Positions 40,948-46,939 of a stretch of 46,939 bases of DNA are shown here, one piece after another. The translations under genes and the position numbers were made by a program. Every line of letters begins with the position of its first letter. Position 1 is the stretch's first letter. Below the pieces are notes generated by a model. The model did no database searches. It had not been told where the DNA came from and worked only from the letters and a program-made list of their open reading frames with translations. The stretch lies in contig JBBROZ010000002.1 of the NCBI GenBank assembly GCA_038228785.1, positions 1 through 46,939 of the forward strand, given 5' to 3'. Origin of the DNA: Patescibacteria group bacterium. Lineage in GTDB: Bacteria > Patescibacteriota > Microgenomatia > Woykebacterales > JBBROZ01.

Positions 40948-41673
40948 GTGAGTACTTTTTTAATTATCGGCTCCTCACCTCAAGATAGACTAGACCAGGC
41001 CTACAAAAAAATTGGCGGCCACTCGAGTGGGGTGGACCTAATCACTCTTGAGGGGATCAGTAAGATCGAGGAAGTTCGGGCTCTAAGCGCAAGTTTATCC
41101 AGGAAACCATACCAGTCCAAAAAAGTTTCGGTGATCCTCCAGAGCGCCGAACTATTAGGCCTGGAGGCGCAAAACGCCCTCCTTAAAACCTTGGAGGAGC
41201 CGCCCGGTCAGACCGATCTTTACCTACTGACCGGATCACCAAACGATCTTTTGCCGACGGTGCGATCCAGATGCCTGGTGGTCGACCTTGGACCAACTTC
41301 TTCCCAGGTCAGCGAAGCTGAACTAAGAGCCGTCTGGAGACAATACACCTCATATGAGCTGGGACAACTCTTTGATATCGCCGCGGAATCCTCACCCGTA
41401 ATCTGGGCCGAGCTTGTTAGACAATTGCTTATTTTTAGCCTAGGTGGGGAGAAGCTTTTGATCAAATCTTCTCCAGACAACCATATAAGCTCCTTTATTA
41501 GTACCCCCGACCTGGAAAGAGCGGTCAACCCCCTTAGCGAAGACTCGTTAAAAGCCTTTCTGTCCCAAGCCCAGCAAGCCTCTCTAGATATCAAAAGTAA
41601 CGTCAACCACCGTTTGGTCATGGAAAACCTCTTCCTGGCTCTTCCCAGGCCGGAATTAGCGGTCATAAAATAG
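40948..41673 (+). CDS. holB: DNA polymerase III delta' subunit (short form)
   Basis: 241 aa. AQNALLKTLEEPP and TVRSRC motifs. GTG start 6 nt after TATAAT (40936-40941). Confidence 0.8.
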   Translation: MSTFLIIGSSPQDRLDQAYKKIGGHSSGVDLITLEGISKIEEVRALSASLSRKPYQSKKVSVILQSAELLGLEAQNALLKTLEEPPGQTDLYLLTGSPNDLLPTVRSRCLVVDLGPTSSQVSEAELRAVWRQYTSYELGQLFDIAAESSPVIWAELVRQLLIFSLGGEKLLIKSSPDNHISSFISTPDLERAVNPLSEDSLKAFLSQAQQASLDIKSNVNHRLVMENLFLALPRPELAVIK

Positions 41674-41728
41674 CCCAATTTTTAGCCCGCTACAGCAGTC
41701 CAAAAGTCCTGTCCAAACCTATTTTTCC

Positions 41729-41757
41729 TTGAACCAGTTCCCAGGGTCGGGTACAAT
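41729..41757 (+). promoter_or_regulatory. Candidate gyrB promoter
   Basis: TTGAAC (41729-41734), 17-nt spacer, TACAAT (41752-41757). The ~43-nt leader contains hairpin GGAGTCC-TTAA-GGACGCC and a GGAG SD before TTG 41807. Confidence 0.5.
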
Positions 41758-41800
41758 TAATAAGGAGTCCTTAAGGACGCCGTTTTTATTAATGGAGTAA

Positions 41801-43743
<1,943 letters not shown>

Positions 43744-43744
<1 letters not shown>

Positions 43745-43884
43745 TGTTAACTAAATTGCTGTACTTACTAGTCTTAATAGTCCTGTCCCTTGGCGTTTTT
43801 CAGCTGTTTTATAACGGCCGAGTGAGCCTGGGACCAACCGGACTATGCTTTGACTTAACCAATATTTTCTATCAGTGTAGGTAA
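43744..43884 (+). CDS. Possible 46-aa membrane micro-protein between gyrB and gyrA
   Basis: Hand translation gives [46 protein letters not shown]. The ATG overlaps the gyrB stop (TAATG) and the ORF ends 5 nt before the gyrA ATG. Confidence 0.3.
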
Positions 43885-43889
43885 AGATT

Positions 43890-46505
43890 ATGGCCGAAGA
43901 TTTAAACGACAACTCCAATATCGACCCAACCCAGGAAAGCACCCGGCCTGTTAACCCGGATATTGCCCGCATGGCTATCGGTACGGTTACCCCGAGTGAG
44001 ATCACGACCGAAATGCAAAAGTCGTACCTTGATTACGCCATGTCGGTTATCGTCTCTAGGGCCTTACCAGATGTCAGAGACGGTTTAAAGCCGGTCCACC
44101 GCCGCATTCTTTACTCGATGCATGAGTTGGGCCTACATCACTCTTCAACTTACAAAAAGTCGGCTCGCATCGTTGGAGAAGTCATGGGTAAGTACCACCC
44201 CCACGGAGATATGGCGATCTATGACTCGCTAGTTAGGATGGCCCAGCAATTCAACATGCGCTACCCCTTAGTTGACGGACAGGGCAACTTCGGTTCGGTC
44301 GACGGCGACTCTCCCGCGGCCATGCGTTATACCGAAGCTAAACTCCAAAAAATAACTGATGAGCTCTTACAAGACATCGACAAAGAGACTGTCGCTTGGG
44401 CCGATAATTTCGATGGGACGCTTAAGCAACCAACCGTTCTGCCCGCCAAACTTCCCAACCTGCTACTGATGGGCTCGGCCGGGATTGCCGTTGGAATGGC
44501 CACTAATATCCCGCCTCACAATCTAGGTGAGATCGTCGACGCGATCACTACCCTGATCGATAAACCCGAAGCCACGACTGAGGATCTGATGAATCACGTC
44601 AAAGGCCCTGATTTCCCAACCGGCGGGGCTATTTTTGATGTCAGTGAGATTACTGCCGCGTATGCCACCGGCAAGGGTCGGATCGTCATGCGCGCCAAAG
44701 CCGACATCGAAGAGGCCCGGGGAGACCGCATGGATATCATTATTACCGAGCTTCCTTATCAGGTAAACAAAGCGACTTTGGTAGCTAGGATAGCTGAGCT
44801 GGTCAAAGAAAAGAAGGTTGAGGGAATCTCTGATCTGCGCGATGAGTCCGACCGACGTGGCATGCGCGTGGTCGTGGAACTCAAACGTGACGCCAAGCCC
44901 AAGCAAGTCCTAAATACGCTCTACAAACATACCTCGATGCAGCTAGCCTTCAACGTTAACACCGTCGCCTTAGTCGACGGCGCTCCCCAAACCTTGACCT
45001 TAAAAGCTATCTTGGAATCATATATCAAGCATCGACGCGAGATTGTCACCAAACGAACCGAGTTCGACCTAAGAGCCGCCAAAGCTAGAGCCCATATCCT
45101 AGAGGGTCTTAAGATTGCCCTCGATCACCTAGACGCCGTCATCAAAACCATCCGTGAGAGTAAATCTGCCGATGATGCTAAGAAAAACCTGATAACCCAG
45201 TTTAATCTCTCCGATTTGCAGGCCCAAGCGATCTTGGATATGCAACTACGTCGCCTGGCCGCTTTGGAGCGGCAAAAAATCGAGGACGAATACAAAGAGA
45301 TCCTCAAAGTCATTGCTTATTTAGAAGGCCTGTTGGCCGATATCGCTAAGATCCTAGGAGTCATCAAAGGTGAGCTTCAAGAACTCAAAGACAAATACGG
45401 AGATGAGCGACGGACCAGAGTCTACAAACAAAAAATTGGCGAATTTTCCGAAGAAGATCTGATCGCCGAGGAACCAGTGATCGTAACTATCACTAGGGGT
45501 GGGTATATCAAGCGTAGCGGGGCTGACGCCTTTAGAACTCAGGGCAGAGGAGGTAAAGGTGTGACTGGAATGACCTTAAAAGACGAGGACGCTATTGCCC
45601 AGATCTTCCAGGCTAGTACCCATGATAACTTACTCTTTTTCACTAACCGAGGCCGGGTCTTCCAGCTCAAAGTCCACGAACTCCCTGAGGGCTCAAGACA
45701 AGCCAAAGGCCAGGCCGTGATCAATCTCATTAATATCGAGCAAGACGAGGTCATCACCTCGACACTCACTTACTCTGGAAAAACCAAGCCGACCGGACAA
45801 TTCCTATTCATGGCCACCCACAAAGGAGTCGTTAAGAAAACTCCGTTGGAAGCCTACGCCGCGATCAGAAGAAATGGGATTATCGCTATTAACCTTCAGG
45901 CCGGCGACTCACTAGGTTGGGTTAGGATGACCGGAGGGTCGGATCAATTGATCTTAGTGACGAAAAATGGCATGAGTATCAAATTCAAAGAAACTGACGT
46001 TCGTCCAACCGGGCGAGATACCTCGGGAGTGGTCGGAATCAAGATGAAGCCAGACGACGCCGTTGTTGGAGCCGACCTGGCTTATGACAATGTCTCGTTT
46101 ATCGTCGTATTAGAAAAGGGATTTGGAAAAAGAACCAGTGTCGGATCGTGGCCGATCCAGGGTCGAGGCGGACAGGGAGTCAAAGCCGCTGAGGTAACTG
46201 CTCGAACAGGTAAAATCATGGCCGCTCGGGCTGTTCCAAATGAGAAGGAAGATTTGATCATCACTGCCAATTCCGGACAAGTAATTAAACTGCCGATCAG
46301 TGATGTGCCAGCTTTAGGAAGGCAAACCCAAGGAGTTATTTTGATGCGTTTCTCCCAATCTGGGGACTACGTCACAAGCGCCGCCACATTACTTCCTGAG
46401 GACAAGGTGGCGGAAGAATTACCGGCTCTAAGCAAGAGAAAATCTGAACCCGCCGTAAGTAAGAGCCCAGATAAAAAAATAGCCCCGTCCGAAGACGGGG
46501 CCTGA
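43890..46505 (+). CDS. gyrA: DNA gyrase subunit A
   Basis: 871 aa. DGLKPVHRR, active-site AAMRYTE, and a C-terminal beta-pinwheel with a GyrA-box-like QGRGGKG. Confidence 0.97.
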   Translation: MAEDLNDNSNIDPTQESTRPVNPDIARMAIGTVTPSEITTEMQKSYLDYAMSVIVSRALPDVRDGLKPVHRRILYSMHELGLHHSSTYKKSARIVGEVMGKYHPHGDMAIYDSLVRMAQQFNMRYPLVDGQGNFGSVDGDSPAAMRYTEAKLQKITDELLQDIDKETVAWADNFDGTLKQPTVLPAKLPNLLLMGSAGIAVGMATNIPPHNLGEIVDAITTLIDKPEATTEDLMNHVKGPDFPTGGAIFDVSEITAAYATGKGRIVMRAKADIEEARGDRMDIIITELPYQVNKATLVARIAELVKEKKVEGISDLRDESDRRGMRVVVELKRDAKPKQVLNTLYKHTSMQLAFNVNTVALVDGAPQTLTLKAILESYIKHRREIVTKRTEFDLRAAKARAHILEGLKIALDHLDAVIKTIRESKSADDAKKNLITQFNLSDLQAQAILDMQLRRLAALERQKIEDEYKEILKVIAYLEGLLADIAKILGVIKGELQELKDKYGDERRTRVYKQKIGEFSEEDLIAEEPVIVTITRGGYIKRSGADAFRTQGRGGKGVTGMTLKDEDAIAQIFQASTHDNLLFFTNRGRVFQLKVHELPEGSRQAKGQAVINLINIEQDEVITSTLTYSGKTKPTGQFLFMATHKGVVKKTPLEAYAAIRRNGIIAINLQAGDSLGWVRMTGGSDQLILVTKNGMSIKFKETDVRPTGRDTSGVVGIKMKPDDAVVGADLAYDNVSFIVVLEKGFGKRTSVGSWPIQGRGGQGVKAAEVTARTGKIMAARAVPNEKEDLIITANSGQVIKLPISDVPALGRQTQGVILMRFSQSGDYVTSAATLLPEDKVAEELPALSKRKSEPAVSKSPDKKIAPSEDGA
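46482..46501 (-). terminator. Terminator of the convergent 61-aa gene, embedded in the gyrA 3' coding end
   Basis: GCCCCGTC (46482-46489)/GACGGGGC (46494-46501) with a 4-nt loop (CGAA on the plus strand). On the minus strand it is followed by TATTTTTTTATC. Confidence 0.55.
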
Positions 46506-46512
46506 GGGCAAT

Positions 46513-46698
46513 TTACTGACTGACCTGACCTTTCTCACCTTCCATTTCGCTGCCATCCTCATTTAGACCGTTTTGTCCATTTTGGCCGGGGCGATTTTGC
46601 CCGGGGATGTCGGAGTTGTGTTGGCCGCCGAATTGCTCAGGCTGACCTTGAACTCCCCCTGGTTGTGGGGCTTGTCGATTTTTTTCTTGATCTTGCAT
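46513..46698 (-). CDS. Small Gln/Gly/Asn-rich low-complexity protein (61 aa)
   Basis: Strong SD GGAAGGAGGTG 6 nt upstream of the ATG, and a dedicated terminator. No hydrophobic core. Confidence 0.55.
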   Translation of the reverse strand: MQDQEKNRQAPQPGGVQGQPEQFGGQHNSDIPGQNRPGQNGQNGLNEDGSEMEGEKGQVSQ

Positions 46699-46786
46699 TT
46701 GTCTTCACCTCCTTCCAAATAAAAAACAGGCTTACGCCCGTTTGGTTATATTTTACTGCTTAAAGAGGTCTATCCCAACAAGGGAG

Positions 46787-46939
46787 CTACCCCTTGACCG
46801 CCGGCAAAAGCGACGTGACTGCCAGATAAAGCTGTGGGGTCAGGATGAAAACTATCACGACGAGTAGTAAAACAGCCACTAATTTGTCGTACCAATTAAG
46901 ACCCTCCTCCCCCCTTAACTCCCGACCCTGAAACCAAGC
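46787..46939 (-). CDS. Possible 3' end of a gene continuing beyond the window (C-terminal TM helix)
   Basis: The open frame from the window edge ends at TAG (46789-46787). Hand translation gives ...NWYDKLVAVLLLVVIVFILTPQLYLAVTSLLPAVKG. A hairpin AAACAGGC/GCCCGTTT with a minus-strand T-run lies downstream (about 46724-46747). Confidence 0.3.
   Translation of the reverse strand, partial: AWFQGRELRGEEGLNWYDKLVAVLLLVVIVFILTPQLYLAVTSLLPAVKG

Noticed and set aside
40911-40950. Divergent pilB/holB promoters around the palindromic TATAAT/ATTATA at 40934-40941.
   Set aside because: The -10 for holB is plausible and is noted in the holB feature. However, no convincing -35 was found for either direction, and the pilB start (TTG 40931 versus ATG 40904) is ambiguous. 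No separate promoter feature was called.
43751-44005. Track ORF 43751..44005 (-).
   Set aside because: It overlaps the gyrA start region in antisense and has no SD. The gap is better explained by the plus-strand micro-ORF or by a plain spacer.

Overview
This is a gene-dense bacterial chromosomal window that reads cleanly with the standard code. It contains one tRNA and no rRNA, CRISPR array, transposase or integrase that I can see.

Plus-strand housekeeping blocks:
- clpP, tRNA-Val(GAC), a T-box-led thrS, and infC-rpmI-rplT
- pheS-pheT, tyrS and recG
- rpmF-nusB-ACP homologue-rnc, and rpsP-KH protein-trmD
- holB and gyrB-gyrA

A class A PBP lies on the minus strand.

Two minus-strand type IV pilus (T4P) loci dominate the accessory content.
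- Locus (i), 18.0-27.2 kb, looks like a single tightly packed operon. It encodes a membrane-anchored protein, a 639-aa cysteine-rich repeat protein, three prepilin-type minor pilins, a PilX-like protein, a 57-aa micro-ORF, a 616-aa secreted multidomain protein and pilM-pilN-pilO.
- Locus (ii), 35.2-40.9 kb, is pilB-pilT-pilC-major pilin-pilD.

No pilP or pilQ secretin is present, so this looks like a monoderm-type machine. That is compatible with Patescibacteria/CPR (Saccharibacteria-like) or another monoderm lineage, but taxonomy cannot be settled from this window.

An ~8 kb compositionally mosaic island (27.3-35.2 kb) separates the two T4P loci. It carries secreted proteins: a Thr/Pro-rich lipoprotein-like protein, an HExxH protein, a Cys-pair repeat protein, a 724-aa multidomain protein with a toxin-like C-terminus followed by small acidic candidate immunity genes, and an M16 peptidase.

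Most notable observations:
- Two large T4P-operon proteins share a ~230-250-aa C-terminal domain behind different display modules, suggesting PilY1-like tip proteins.
- One of them carries thrombospondin-type-1-like 6-Cys repeats encoded by near-identical 93-96 bp DNA repeats.
- There is a candidate polymorphic toxin/immunity module.
- The ACP homologue has Gln in place of its phosphopantetheine-attachment Ser.
- TyrRS has degenerate HIGH and KMSKS motifs.
- A compact T-box upstream of thrS has a terminator helix that also buries the SD.
- A recurrent promoter geometry implies leaderless or near-leaderless mRNAs.

All homology calls are by-eye motif recognition and need HMM or structure confirmation.
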